Assembly: GCA_036677365.1 (NCBI GenBank)
Contig: JAVBWN010000036.1
Span: forward strand, 1 to 21,964
Reading direction: 5' to 3'
Length of the DNA: 21,964 nucleotides
Source: Acholeplasma sp.
GTDB taxonomy: Bacteria > Bacillota_I > Bacilli_A > Acholeplasmatales > UBA5453
Below are positions 10,497 to 20,029 of this stretch, piece after piece. The position numbers and the translations under genes are program-made. The stretch's first letter is position 1, and each line of letters starts with the position of its first letter. Below the pieces are notes generated by a model that had not been told where the DNA came from, searched no databases, and saw nothing but the letters and a program-made list of their open reading frames with translations.

Positions 10497-10531
10497 TAAG
10501 AATAGAAACGCAAACCTGCGTTTTTTTCTTA
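10497..10531 (+). terminator. Intrinsic terminator after the MgtC-family gene
   Basis: AAACGCA-aacc-TGCGTTT core stem followed by a T-run. Confidence 0.7.
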
Positions 10532-10576
10532 TTTTTAGGGGTGGATGTTGTATAATATTTCTTAGGATGTGATGAC

Positions 10577-11926
10577 ATGATTTACGATACCATCGCTGCC
10601 ATCGCGACCCCATTTGGAACCGCCGGGATCGCCATCATTCGAATCTCTGGTTCAGAAGCGATTAGACTTTCTAACCAAGTATTCAAAGGCAAAAATTTAT
10701 TAAAAGTGAAGAGCCATACGGTGACTTATGGACACATCATCGATAAACAAGGCAACACCATCGATGAAGTCATGGTTACCGTGATGAAATCCCCCAAAAC
10801 ATTCACCGCCGAAGACACGGTAGAAATCTCGTGTCACGGGGGTATTTTAGTGACTCAAAAAGTACTCGAAAGGGTCTTAGAAACCGGCATTAAATTGGCA
10901 GAACCAGGCGAATTTTCCAAACGCGCTTATGTCAATGGACGTATCGATTTAACACAAGCAGAAGCCATCATGGACCTCATTCACGCTAAGAACGAAAATG
11001 CGATGAAACTGGCTTTATCCGGTCTTCGTGGCGATATCAAAAAAGGCATTGAAAATATTCGTGGTGAACTCTTAAACATCATTGCACAAATTGAAGTCAA
11101 TATCGATTATCCAGAGTATGATGACGCCACCACCATGGGCAATGAACTCATCAAACCTGAAGTCATCGAAATTAAAGAAAAACTCATCCGATTATTGGAT
11201 GATTCGCATAAAGGTAAAATCATGCGTGAAGGGGTAAAAACCGCGATTGTTGGGAAACCGAATGTCGGTAAAAGCTCACTACTCAATGCGCTCCTTAATG
11301 AAGAAAGAGCCATCGTTACAGACATTGAAGGTACCACCAGAGATACCATCGAAGCCTATATTAATATCGGTAACATCACTCTAAATTTAGTTGATACTGC
11401 CGGGATTCGTGAAACCAAAGATGTCGTTGAAAAGATTGGTGTAGACCGATCTAAAAAAGCCATTCAAGAAGCAGAACTCATCATCCTAGTCCTTGACCAA
11501 AGCAGGAAAATTTCCAAAGAAGATATTGAACTTTTAGAAGCCACCCAACATAAGAAACGCATCATTGTAGGTAATAAAAACGACCTCAATAGAGCCATCG
11601 ATTTAGACATCCATATGTTGAGTTTATCGACATTGACCAAAGAAGGATTGGCTGAACTAGAAAAGGAAATCATCAAAGTTTTGGGTATGGAAGATATTCA
11701 AGAAAAAGACTTCAATGTCATTTCCAACATGCGTCATATTGGTAAAATCAAAGAAACGATTCAAGCTTTAGAGGACGTCTTACAAGCGATTGCCATCGAC
11801 ATGCCAATCGACATGACTGAGATCGATTTGAAGCGTGCGTGGCAAACCCTCGGTGAAATCACAGGGGATTATCACCCAGAGGATTTAATCAGTGAATTAT
11901 TTTCTAAATTTTGTTTAGGCAAGTAA
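10577..11926 (+). CDS. mnmE: tRNA uridine-34 modification GTPase MnmE (TrmE)
   Basis: DTIAAIATP, GKPNVGKSS, GTTRD, DTAG, NKND and C-terminal FSKFCLGK; TATAAT at 10551-10556. Confidence 0.98.
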   Translation: MIYDTIAAIATPFGTAGIAIIRISGSEAIRLSNQVFKGKNLLKVKSHTVTYGHIIDKQGNTIDEVMVTVMKSPKTFTAEDTVEISCHGGILVTQKVLERVLETGIKLAEPGEFSKRAYVNGRIDLTQAEAIMDLIHAKNENAMKLALSGLRGDIKKGIENIRGELLNIIAQIEVNIDYPEYDDATTMGNELIKPEVIEIKEKLIRLLDDSHKGKIMREGVKTAIVGKPNVGKSSLLNALLNEERAIVTDIEGTTRDTIEAYINIGNITLNLVDTAGIRETKDVVEKIGVDRSKKAIQEAELIILVLDQSRKISKEDIELLEATQHKKRIIVGNKNDLNRAIDLDIHMLSLSTLTKEGLAELEKEIIKVLGMEDIQEKDFNVISNMRHIGKIKETIQALEDVLQAIAIDMPIDMTEIDLKRAWQTLGEITGDYHPEDLISELFSKFCLGK

Positions 11927-11975
11927 CCAATTCATATCATATATGATATAATACAAAAGCAAAGGAGTGTGCGAT

Positions 11976-13694
11976 ATGTCCTATCAAGCGTTATATAGAA
12001 CGTATAGACCTAGAACATTTAAAGAAGTTGCAGGACAAGAAGTCATCGTCAAGACATTACAAAATGCCTTGTTACACGATAAGATTGCACATGCCTATTT
12101 GTTTAGTGGTCCCCGTGGTACCGGTAAAACGAGTATCGCGAAAATATTGGCCAAAGCGGTCAATTGTGAAAAAGCACCCATCAAAGATGCTTGTGGTGAA
12201 TGTGCGACATGCAAAGCCATCCAATCCAACACCATTGGCGATGTCGTTGAAATCGACGCCGCATCGAACAATGGGGTCGATGAAATAAGAGACCTACGCG
12301 AAAAGGTCAAGTACTTACCTAGCATGGGTAAGTTCAAAGTCTATATCATCGATGAAGTTCACATGCTATCGACTGGTGCATTCAATGCACTATTAAAAAC
12401 ATTAGAAGAACCACCAAAACACGTGATATTTATTCTCGCGACCACAGAACCCAACAAAATCCCATCAACCATTCTTTCAAGATGTCAAAGATTTGATTTT
12501 AGAGGTATTTCTCCGAGCGATATCGAGAAGAAACTCAAAGAAATCCGTGACATTGAAAACATTAAAATCACTGAAGGTGCGATTCGTGAAGTCGCAAGAT
12601 ACGCTGAAGGTGGTTTAAGAGATGCTTTAAGCTTACTCGATCAAGCCATTTCATTTTCGGATGAAAATGTCACCGAAGAAGACATCTACGCGGTGTCGGG
12701 TAGCGTATCAAAACAAAACTTGATTCAACTATTGGATTTTATTTATCATAAGAAAACCACCGAAGCCTTCTCATTGTTGAATGACATGATTGAAGACGGT
12801 AAAGAAGTCAATAAGATCGTATCTGATTTAATCGCGACATTACGTGACTTGTTGATTGAGAAAAACGTCGTCTTTGACGCATTGAGACCAACCAAGTATG
12901 TCGAAGATTTGTCTAAACAATATTCCAATGACCGCATCTATTTCTATCTTGAAGTTTTAAACGGCACTCAAAATGATATTAAGTGGAGCAATCAAAAACG
13001 GGCATATCTAGAACTGGCCATCGTTAAAATGATTGACCACCAACACATCGATCGCATCAATTATCAAGAACAACTCCAAGCGTTACAAGAACGCATTAAA
13101 GGCTTGGAGTTTGATATATCCAAACTGAAAACTGCACCGAGAGAAGTTAAACGTGTGGTTGAAGAAAAAGTATCCACCACCATTGAGCCATCAGTAGAAG
13201 TCAACAATGAAAAAAAACCATTGGTAACTGTGAGCGATGTGGAAAGATTGTTACAATCAGCCAATGTCGACCGCAAAGCTTTATTGTTAAAAGGGTGGGA
13301 ACGTCTCCCTCAAATCAAGGATGCGAAACTACAAGCCGCAGCGATGTTGTTGCATGAAGGTAAGTTGGTTGCAGCCACTGAAAAAGAAATCCTATTGGTC
13401 TATCCAGATAAGATCAATTGTCAAATGATGTTAAAACCGAATACCAAAAAGTTGGTATTTGAGATATTGAATAGCAAAACCAAACTCATCGAAGACTATA
13501 TTTGTATCGATGACGCCGCTTGGCAAGTGCTTTATGCAAGCTTTGCTAAACAATGGCGTGAAGGCAATAAAAAACCAGTATTACCTAAATTGGATTTAGG
13601 TTTATATGAAGCCAATGAAGAATCGTGGCAACCCGGGTCTGTTTCCTTAGCCATTGATTTCTTTGGCAAAGACAAAGTCATGATAAAGGAGTAA
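11976..13694 (+). CDS. dnaX: DNA polymerase III subunit gamma/tau
   Basis: MSYQALYRTYRP, Walker A GPRGTGKT, Cys cluster, IIDEVHML, SRC. Start set at ATG 11976 after the AAGGAG RBS; TGaTATAAT at 11944-11952. Confidence 0.97.
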   Translation: MSYQALYRTYRPRTFKEVAGQEVIVKTLQNALLHDKIAHAYLFSGPRGTGKTSIAKILAKAVNCEKAPIKDACGECATCKAIQSNTIGDVVEIDAASNNGVDEIRDLREKVKYLPSMGKFKVYIIDEVHMLSTGAFNALLKTLEEPPKHVIFILATTEPNKIPSTILSRCQRFDFRGISPSDIEKKLKEIRDIENIKITEGAIREVARYAEGGLRDALSLLDQAISFSDENVTEEDIYAVSGSVSKQNLIQLLDFIYHKKTTEAFSLLNDMIEDGKEVNKIVSDLIATLRDLLIEKNVVFDALRPTKYVEDLSKQYSNDRIYFYLEVLNGTQNDIKWSNQKRAYLELAIVKMIDHQHIDRINYQEQLQALQERIKGLEFDISKLKTAPREVKRVVEEKVSTTIEPSVEVNNEKKPLVTVSDVERLLQSANVDRKALLLKGWERLPQIKDAKLQAAAMLLHEGKLVAATEKEILLVYPDKINCQMMLKPNTKKLVFEILNSKTKLIEDYICIDDAAWQVLYASFAKQWREGNKKPVLPKLDLGLYEANEESWQPGSVSLAIDFFGKDKVMIKE

Positions 13695-13698
13695 TTAT

Positions 13699-13986
13699 AT
13701 GAATGCAGGCATGATTAACAAGTTGAAAAAGATTCAAAAAGAGATGCAAGAAACTCAAGAAAGATTACAAATGACCGAATTCACCGGCACAGCAAGTGGT
13801 GTTAGAGTGGTCATGTTGGGTTCACACCAAGTCGTTGACATCAAAATTTCTGAAGAACTCTTGGACGATGTTGAGATGTTACAAGACGCCATTTTAGCAG
13901 CCATCAATAATGCAGTTGAAGTTGTCGATAAAACCACGAACCAAGAAATGAGCAAGTTCACTGCAGGTATGGGGATGGGTTTCTGA
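13699..13986 (+). CDS. ybaB: YbaB/EbfC nucleoid-associated protein
   Basis: 95 aa, DDVEMLQDAILAAINNA motif, canonical position between dnaX and recR. Confidence 0.92.
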   Translation: MNAGMINKLKKIQKEMQETQERLQMTEFTGTASGVRVVMLGSHQVVDIKISEELLDDVEMLQDAILAAINNAVEVVDKTTNQEMSKFTAGMGMGF

Positions 13987-14579
13987 TGAAATACCCTGAA
14001 AGTTTTTTAAAACTTGTAGAAGATTTTAAAAAATTTCCTGGTATCGGTAAAAAGACCGCTGAACGTTTGGCGCTTTATACCATCTCTACGATCGATAAAG
14101 ATCAGATCAACGCCTTCAGCCAACACTTGGTTGAAGCGAAACAAAATATCTCACATTGTTCGATATGCGGCACCTTGATGGAAGCGCATTGCCCAATATG
14201 TGAAGACAGTAACCGTGACCGAAACACCCTCATGGTGGTTTCGGAAGATAAAGATGTGTTCGTCCTTGAAAGAAACCCCATTTACCATGGTTTATACCAT
14301 GTATTGGGTGGTTCGATTGACTTTTCTCGAGGCATCGGTCCAGAAGATTTAAACATCGAATCCTTATTTCAACGATTGAATGGTTTGGAAGAAATCATTT
14401 TGTCTTTAGCTGGTACTGTCGAAGGTGAACTCACTGCACAGTACTTGAAAGAATTATTAAAATCCAAAGGCATCAAGGTTTCTCGTATCGCATATGGCAT
14501 TCCTGTCGGTGCGGACTTAAGTTTCGCGGATGATCACACCCTCGAACTCGCACTACATAATAGACAAAAGTACGAATAG
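13986..14579 (+). CDS. recR: Recombination mediator RecR
   Basis: HhH PGIGKKTAERLA, zinc finger CSIC...CPIC, YHVLGG, SRIAYGIPVG. Confidence 0.97.
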   Translation: MKYPESFLKLVEDFKKFPGIGKKTAERLALYTISTIDKDQINAFSQHLVEAKQNISHCSICGTLMEAHCPICEDSNRDRNTLMVVSEDKDVFVLERNPIYHGLYHVLGGSIDFSRGIGPEDLNIESLFQRLNGLEEIILSLAGTVEGELTAQYLKELLKSKGIKVSRIAYGIPVGADLSFADDHTLELALHNRQKYE

Positions 14580-14591
14580 GAGACAACGTAT

Positions 14592-14870
14592 ATGGAAATA
14601 CTAGATCAAATTTGGGCGTTTTTAATGAGCATTTTCGGGGATTTAGATTCGATGTTGGAAGAATTGGTTAACTTTGACGGGTTGGCCCTCAACTTCTACA
14701 ACGACGTCATCATGCCACTACCAGAATGGATGAAAATACTAGGCACATTGGGCTTAGCGGTTGTCATTATTTTCGGTGTGTTCGCGATTGCGAAAAAAAT
14801 GATGAAGCTCTTGATCATCATCGTGGTGATTCTTGCAATCCTTGTCTTGGCTAGAATTTTGATGGCATGA
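14592..14870 (+). CDS. Small hypothetical membrane protein
   Basis: AGGAG RBS, acidic N-half and two C-terminal hydrophobic helices; ATGA overlap with the next gene. Confidence 0.75.
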   Translation: MEILDQIWAFLMSIFGDLDSMLEELVNFDGLALNFYNDVIMPLPEWMKILGTLGLAVVIIFGVFAIAKKMMKLLIIIVVILAILVLARILMA

Positions 14871-15214
14871 TTTTAACCATTACCACAGACGGCCAAACAG
14901 AAAGCTTCACCATCGATTCAACATTTGAACCAGGTAAAATTACATATCAGGACCCAAGTAGCGCCAGCCTCGTCTCCGTTTATTACAATTTAAACGAGGT
15001 TTTAATTCGTCGCACTGGTGAAGTCACCTTCCAAGAATCCTATATTCCCCATCAAAGAACGATGGGGTATTATCGTCAAGAAGGCATCCTATTTAAGTCG
15101 ATTGTCGAGACGCATACCCTCACAGTCACCCCAGATTTGATTGAAATTGCGTATCGTCATCAAATTGAAGGACAAACCACTGAGAAAACCGTGCAATTTC
15201 GATTATTCAAATAA
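14867..15214 (+). CDS. Hypothetical beta-rich protein, probable DUF1934/YwiB family
   Basis: Beta-strand pattern (KITYQD, EVLIRRTGEV, TMGYY, IEIAY); position upstream of rpoE. Family call is by resemblance only. Confidence 0.62.
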   Translation: MILTITTDGQTESFTIDSTFEPGKITYQDPSSASLVSVYYNLNEVLIRRTGEVTFQESYIPHQRTMGYYRQEGILFKSIVETHTLTVTPDLIEIAYRHQIEGQTTEKTVQFRLFK

Positions 15215-15219
15215 AAGTC

Positions 15220-15248
15220 TTGCAAAAACATAGCACATCGTATACAAT
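15220..15248 (+). promoter_or_regulatory. Sigma-70 promoter of rpoE
   Basis: TTGCAA-17 nt-TACAAT, followed by an AGGAGG RBS. Confidence 0.7.
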
Positions 15249-15272
15249 AATATAGTATTTTAGGAGGAAACT

Positions 15273-15800
15273 ATGGCTAAACAAACTTATGTAAACAAAT
15301 CCATGGTTGAAATTGCAGAAGAAATTTTAAGATCTGAAGGCAAAAAAAACATCTACGATTTATTAGAATCAGTCGCATCTTTGAAGGACATTTCAAAAGA
15401 GGATACTGAAAAATTAACACAACTATACATTGACATGACCTTGTCCGCAAAATTCGTTTTTTGTGGCAATGATGAATGGGATTTAAAAGAGAACAACCTT
15501 GAACTTTGGGATAAAGATGGTTCTTATTTCAATACTGCAGACGATGTGGTTGAGGAAGAAGAAGACGACACATTGACTGTGGATGACTACTACATTCCTG
15601 AAGAAGACGAACTTGAACTCAAAGACGATGAAGAGGACGAAGAAGAAGAGGACGGCATCCTTCCTGATGAAGAAGAGGAAGAAAGCCTATTACTTGACGA
15701 AGAAGACGACATTGTCATTGAAGATGAAGAAGACATTGACTTCGACGACGATGATTATAACGAAATCATGGACGATTACGAAGACATGTACGACAAGTAA
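15273..15800 (+). CDS. rpoE: RNA polymerase delta subunit
   Basis: SMVEIAEEIL...QLYIDMTLSAKFVFCGNDEWDLK N-domain plus a long Asp/Glu tail; directly upstream of pyrG. Confidence 0.92.
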   Translation: MAKQTYVNKSMVEIAEEILRSEGKKNIYDLLESVASLKDISKEDTEKLTQLYIDMTLSAKFVFCGNDEWDLKENNLELWDKDGSYFNTADDVVEEEEDDTLTVDDYYIPEEDELELKDDEEDEEEEDGILPDEEEEESLLLDEEDDIVIEDEEDIDFDDDDYNEIMDDYEDMYDK

Positions 15801-15808
15801 AAATCTCG

Positions 15809-15889
15809 TTGATTCATGGGTTTTAATTTGATATAATTAAGAAGGGCAACTCATATAAGGTCTCCTGTAAAGGGAGACCTTTTTATTTT
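15809..15889 (+). promoter_or_regulatory. pyrG promoter and CTP-sensing reiterative-transcription attenuator
   Basis: TTGATT-17-TATAAT (with TG), predicted start GGGC at 15844-15847, terminator AAGGTCTCCT-gtaaa-GGGAGACCTT plus T-run (15857-15889) upstream of the RBS. Confidence 0.85.
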
Positions 15890-15909
15890 ATAATTTTCGA
15901 GGTGAAGAG

Positions 15910-17523
15910 ATGAAAACAAAGTTTATTTTCGTTACTGGCGGTGTCGTTTCATCGCTAGGTAAAGGCATTATGGCTTCGACTGTCGGCCAGCTTCTAAAGA
16001 GCCGTGGACTCAAAGTATTTATGCAAAAATTCGACCCATACATCAACGTCGACCCAGGCACATTATCCCCTTACCAACATGGTGAGGTGTTTGTTACCGA
16101 CGATGGTTGCGAAACCGATTTGGATTTAGGACACTATGAACGCTTCATCGATGAAAATTTATCGAAAGATTCTTCAGTGACGACAGGAAAGATTTATCAA
16201 ACCGTCATCGACAAAGAACGTAAAGGTGTTTACCTAGGGGCGACCATCCAAGTCATCCCACACATCACCAATGAGATCAAAGACCGCCTCAAACGGGTAG
16301 CAATTTCATCCAAAGCCGATGTGGTCATCACTGAAATTGGCGGTACCGTCGGGGACATCGAATCGCTCCCGTTTTTAGAAGCCATTCGACAAGCCAGACG
16401 TGACTTTGGACACAAAAACACTTTATACATCCACACCACCTTGTTACCTTATTTACGTGCAGCCAATGAAATCAAAACCAAACCAACCCAACACTCTGTG
16501 AAGGAATTGAGATCCTTAGGGATTTCGCCAGACATGATTGTTTTAAGAAGCGAAGTACCTGTGGCGAAATCCACGAAAGAAAAAATTGCGTTGTTTTGTG
16601 ACGTAGAAACCGACCATGTATTTGAATCGGTCGATGTCGACGTGTTGTATAAGACCATTCCTAACTTAAAAGCTCAAAAGATTGATGATTTGATCTTAGA
16701 ACACTTTGAATTAGAAGCGAAGAAGGAAGCGGATTTATCCCCTTGGATTGATTTAATTCACAAAATTGAACACGCCAAAGATACCATCAATATCGCATTG
16801 GTTGGTAAGTATGTCAGTTTACATGATGCCTATTTGTCGGTAGCAGAGTCATTAAAACATGCGGGGTATCACTTTGGCAAAAACATCAACATCAAATATT
16901 TAAATGCTGAAAAAATCAACACCGATAATGTGAAAGAAGTCTTGGCTGGTTCAGATGGTGTGTTGGTCCCTGGTGGATTTGGCGAACGTGCCACTGAAGG
17001 CAAAATGGCTGCGATTCAATACGCCAGAACCCATCATGTACCGTTCTTTGGCATCTGTTATGGTCTTCAACTGGCCTCCATCGAATTTGCACGAAATGTC
17101 ATGGGTATTGGTTTAGCAACCACCACGGAAATTGACCCAAATACCAAGTACCCCATCATCGATTTGATGCATACCCAAGACTTGACAAAGGACTTAGGTG
17201 GGACACAACGTTTAGGTCTATATACCTGCCACATCAAGCCCAATACCTTAGCTCAAAAATTGTATCAAAAAGATATGATTGAAGAACGCCATAGACACCG
17301 TTATGAATTCAATAATGCCTATCGTGAGGCGTTTGAGTCCTACGGGATGGTATTTTCCGGGCTTCATGAAAAACTCAACTTAGTCGAGATGATTGAAATT
17401 CCAGAACACCCATTCTTCATCGCATGTCAATTCCATCCAGAGTTCTTATCAAGACCGCTTCGCCCTCATCCGATTTTTAAGGGCTTTATTGAAGCGGCGA
17501 TTGTGAATAAACAAGCAAAATGA
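15910..17523 (+). CDS. pyrG: CTP synthase
   Basis: [29 protein letters not shown] nucleophile motif, [13 protein letters not shown]. Confidence 0.99.
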   Translation: MKTKFIFVTGGVVSSLGKGIMASTVGQLLKSRGLKVFMQKFDPYINVDPGTLSPYQHGEVFVTDDGCETDLDLGHYERFIDENLSKDSSVTTGKIYQTVIDKERKGVYLGATIQVIPHITNEIKDRLKRVAISSKADVVITEIGGTVGDIESLPFLEAIRQARRDFGHKNTLYIHTTLLPYLRAANEIKTKPTQHSVKELRSLGISPDMIVLRSEVPVAKSTKEKIALFCDVETDHVFESVDVDVLYKTIPNLKAQKIDDLILEHFELEAKKEADLSPWIDLIHKIEHAKDTINIALVGKYVSLHDAYLSVAESLKHAGYHFGKNINIKYLNAEKINTDNVKEVLAGSDGVLVPGGFGERATEGKMAAIQYARTHHVPFFGICYGLQLASIEFARNVMGIGLATTTEIDPNTKYPIIDLMHTQDLTKDLGGTQRLGLYTCHIKPNTLAQKLYQKDMIEERHRHRYEFNNAYREAFESYGMVFSGLHEKLNLVEMIEIPEHPFFIACQFHPEFLSRPLRPHPIFKGFIEAAIVNKQAK

Positions 17524-17576
17524 TAATCGTTTTCACGCAATACTTATTTGTAAAATAAGGCAATTAAGCGTATAAT
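17521..17576 (+). promoter_or_regulatory. fba promoter with an upstream cre/LacI-like site
   Basis: TGATAATCGTTTTCA (17521-17535), then TTGTAA (17548-17553)-17-TATAAT (17571-17576). Confidence 0.65.
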
Positions 17577-17615
17577 ACATAGTGGACATTACATAATATC
17601 TAGGAGGACATTAAA

Positions 17616-18482
17616 ATGGCATTAGTTTCTGCAAAAGAAATGTTAATCAAGGCTAGAGATAACGGTTATGGCGTCGCTCAAATCAACATCAACAACCTTG
17701 AATGGACAAAAGCAACCCTACAAGTTGCACAAGAATTGAACTCCCCAATCATCTTAGGTGTATCTGAAGGTGCAGCTAAATATATGGGTGGTTATCGTTT
17801 AGTTATGGCGATGGTCAAAGAATTGATCGCGTCACAAGGCATCACTGTTCCAGTGGCTGTACATCTAGACCACGGTTCATATGAAGGTGCGTACAAAGCT
17901 TTAGAAGCTGGTTTCACATCCATCATGTTTGACGGTTCACACTATCCAATCGCTGAAAACGTTGAAAAGACCAGAGAAATTGTTGCAGCATGCCACGCTA
18001 AAGGCGTATCTGTTGAAGCAGAAGTTGGTTCCATCGGCGGCGAAGAGGACGGCGTCATTGGTGCTGGTGAATTGGCTGATCCAAAAGAATGTGCATTGAT
18101 CGCGTCTTTAGGCGTCGATTTATTCGCAGCAGGCATCGGTAACATCCATGGTAAATACCCTGCAAACTGGAAAGGTTTAAACTTTGAAGTACTTCAAGAA
18201 GTACAAAAAGTGACCAACAGAGTGCCTCTAGTATTACACGGTGGTACAGGTATTCCTGAACACATGATCAAAAAAGCGATCTCTTTAGGCGTCACTAAGA
18301 TCAACGTAAACACTGAATTACAATTGGCATTCGCTGAAGCAACACGTAAATATATCGAAGCTGGCAAGGACTTAGAATCCAAAGGCTTTGACCCACGTAA
18401 GTTGTTAGCACCAGGCGTTGAAGCCATCAAGAAGACCGTTAGAGAAAAACTAACGATGTTCGGATCTGTAAATCAAGCTTAG
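17616..18482 (+). CDS. fba: Fructose-1,6-bisphosphate aldolase, class II
   Basis: VHLDHG, MFDGSH, VEAEVG, GNIHG, VLHGGTG, KINVNTE, DPRK motifs. Confidence 0.97.
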   Translation: MALVSAKEMLIKARDNGYGVAQININNLEWTKATLQVAQELNSPIILGVSEGAAKYMGGYRLVMAMVKELIASQGITVPVAVHLDHGSYEGAYKALEAGFTSIMFDGSHYPIAENVEKTREIVAACHAKGVSVEAEVGSIGGEEDGVIGAGELADPKECALIASLGVDLFAAGIGNIHGKYPANWKGLNFEVLQEVQKVTNRVPLVLHGGTGIPEHMIKKAISLGVTKINVNTELQLAFAEATRKYIEAGKDLESKGFDPRKLLAPGVEAIKKTVREKLTMFGSVNQA

Positions 18483-18494
18483 TTCAAACCTCAT

Positions 18495-18531
18495 AAAACA
18501 AACGACCTAGCCATTGGACTAGGTCGTTTTT
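18495..18531. terminator. Bidirectional intrinsic terminator (fba / YhhN-like gene)
   Basis: AAACGACCTAG (18500-18510)/CTAGGTCGTTT (18519-18529) stem with flanking A and T runs. Confidence 0.85.
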
Positions 18532-18532
18532 C

Positions 18533-19234
18533 TTAGCGTTTGTTTGAGTTTAAATGAACCACAGAATAGCAGATCAATGATAGTGCGAGAATGTAAGTAA
18601 ACCATACCCCTTGGTTATTGATTAGATTCGGGGTGTCCCAACCTTTGATGGCTCTGATCGCGATCAACCAATCGGAGAAAATGAAGATACCATAACCCCA
18701 AGCTAAATAGCGATAAATCGGATTGTCCTTCAACGCCAACCCGATGGTTAACCCTAAACCTAAAGCGACCGCATAGACGATTGCGAGGATGGATAACAAC
18801 AGTTCATCCGGATTGAAGACAGTGAAAATGAACAACAAAACAATCACTGAAAAGACGATGATAAAATGGTTTTTGAAGTCCTTTAATTTGGGTTTTCTAA
18901 AGGATAGAATGCCTAAAATAAAATTCACGTGACCCACAAAAAACAGACCCATACCAATAGGTAGACGATATCCATTGGGAGTATCAAAAGCGCGCGATAG
19001 CGCCATATCCCCTACCAAGCAAAATAAGATTCCTAAAACCAGGAAGATTTTTTGTATTGTTTTAATGGGTTTATAAAATGTGAGAAAAAAGACATACAGA
19101 ACCAGGATCATTTGATAGACCATACCAGCATTGGTTCTCAGTCCCGAAAGATTGAATAATTGAATCCATACATAAGCAATGACCACCATGAGTGGGGTTA
19201 AGAAACGTGCATCGTATACTTTGTTTTTAAACAT
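18533..19234 (-). CDS. YhhN/TMEM86B (lysoplasmalogenase-like) membrane protein
   Basis: About 8 TM helices with GDMAL, GMGLFFVGH, FIFSDWLIA and WFTY motifs. Start ATG 19234 chosen on RBS spacing; TTG 19240 is an alternative. Confidence 0.78.
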   Translation of the reverse strand: MFKNKVYDARFLTPLMVVIAYVWIQLFNLSGLRTNAGMVYQMILVLYVFFLTFYKPIKTIQKIFLVLGILFCLVGDMALSRAFDTPNGYRLPIGMGLFFVGHVNFILGILSFRKPKLKDFKNHFIIVFSVIVLLFIFTVFNPDELLLSILAIVYAVALGLGLTIGLALKDNPIYRYLAWGYGIFIFSDWLIAIRAIKGWDTPNLINNQGVWFTYILALSLICYSVVHLNSNKR

Positions 19235-19418
19235 GAGCAAACCTACTTTCCTAAATCGTTGATTTTATGATAACAAATCTATTTTGATTTTCAAATCAAA
19301 GTGATTTGTGAAACCTCACACAAAAATGATAAAAAAATCCTCACCAGTAATAATTTTGTAAAAGTATTGATAAACTAAGAATTATTTGTATAATTATATT
19401 AAGTCGGAGGTGTGAACT

Positions 19419-19970
19419 ATGATTGATGCACTATATCACGATTACGCTAACTGGGTTATTGAGTCTAGCGATTTAGTCGAAGGGTTGAAGGAACTCAACT
19501 CCAATATCTATGAACGTTTTAAATATGTCATAGAAGTATTAGAGTTCTTATACAACAAGAAAATTGAAGAGAAAGAATTGTCATCCGAAGAAAGCAATAT
19601 TTTTGAAACTGGCTTTTATTATTTATTTGATGCTTTTGAAAATATCAAACTCATATTAGAACATGATTACAATGGCGATATTGAAATGATGAATAAGCAC
19701 GCGGGGACAGTGATTCTATTACTGGATACATTGGACTTTCAAAATGAACTCATCGGTGCAATCGAAGAACCGAATGAGCAACATATGCAATCTTTAATCG
19801 ATATTGAACATGAAATTTTAGCCATCCTTGAAAAACAAGGCGACGCGCCTAAAGAACTTCATGATAAACTCGATAACGTGACTGAAGATATTTATAAAGA
19901 ATTGTCGATGGATTATTATCCAATCAATAACATTTTCTTTGATATCGCAGATGAACTTGGATTAATTTAA
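19419..19970 (+). CDS. Hypothetical acidic, helical protein
   Basis: 183-aa ORF with GGAG RBS, promoter TTGATA-16-TATAAT (19367-19394) and its own terminator; no motif recognised. Confidence 0.8.
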   Translation: MIDALYHDYANWVIESSDLVEGLKELNSNIYERFKYVIEVLEFLYNKKIEEKELSSEESNIFETGFYYLFDAFENIKLILEHDYNGDIEMMNKHAGTVILLLDTLDFQNELIGAIEEPNEQHMQSLIDIEHEILAILEKQGDAPKELHDKLDNVTEDIYKELSMDYYPINNIFFDIADELGLI

Positions 19971-19977
19971 TCGAATT

Positions 19978-20008
19978 AAGGTAGACAATACAGTCTGCCT
20001 TTTATTTT
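19978..20008 (+). terminator. Intrinsic terminator
   Basis: AAGGTAGAC-aataca-GTCTGCCTT followed by a T-rich run. Confidence 0.8.
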
Positions 20009-20029
20009 GTAAAATTGTGATTTTGGGGG

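Noticed and set aside
15540..15800. GAAGAAGAC/GACGAT-rich quasi-repeats and the alternative-frame ORF 15583-15831
   Set aside because: Low-complexity Asp/Glu tail of the delta subunit; not a repeat array or a separate gene.
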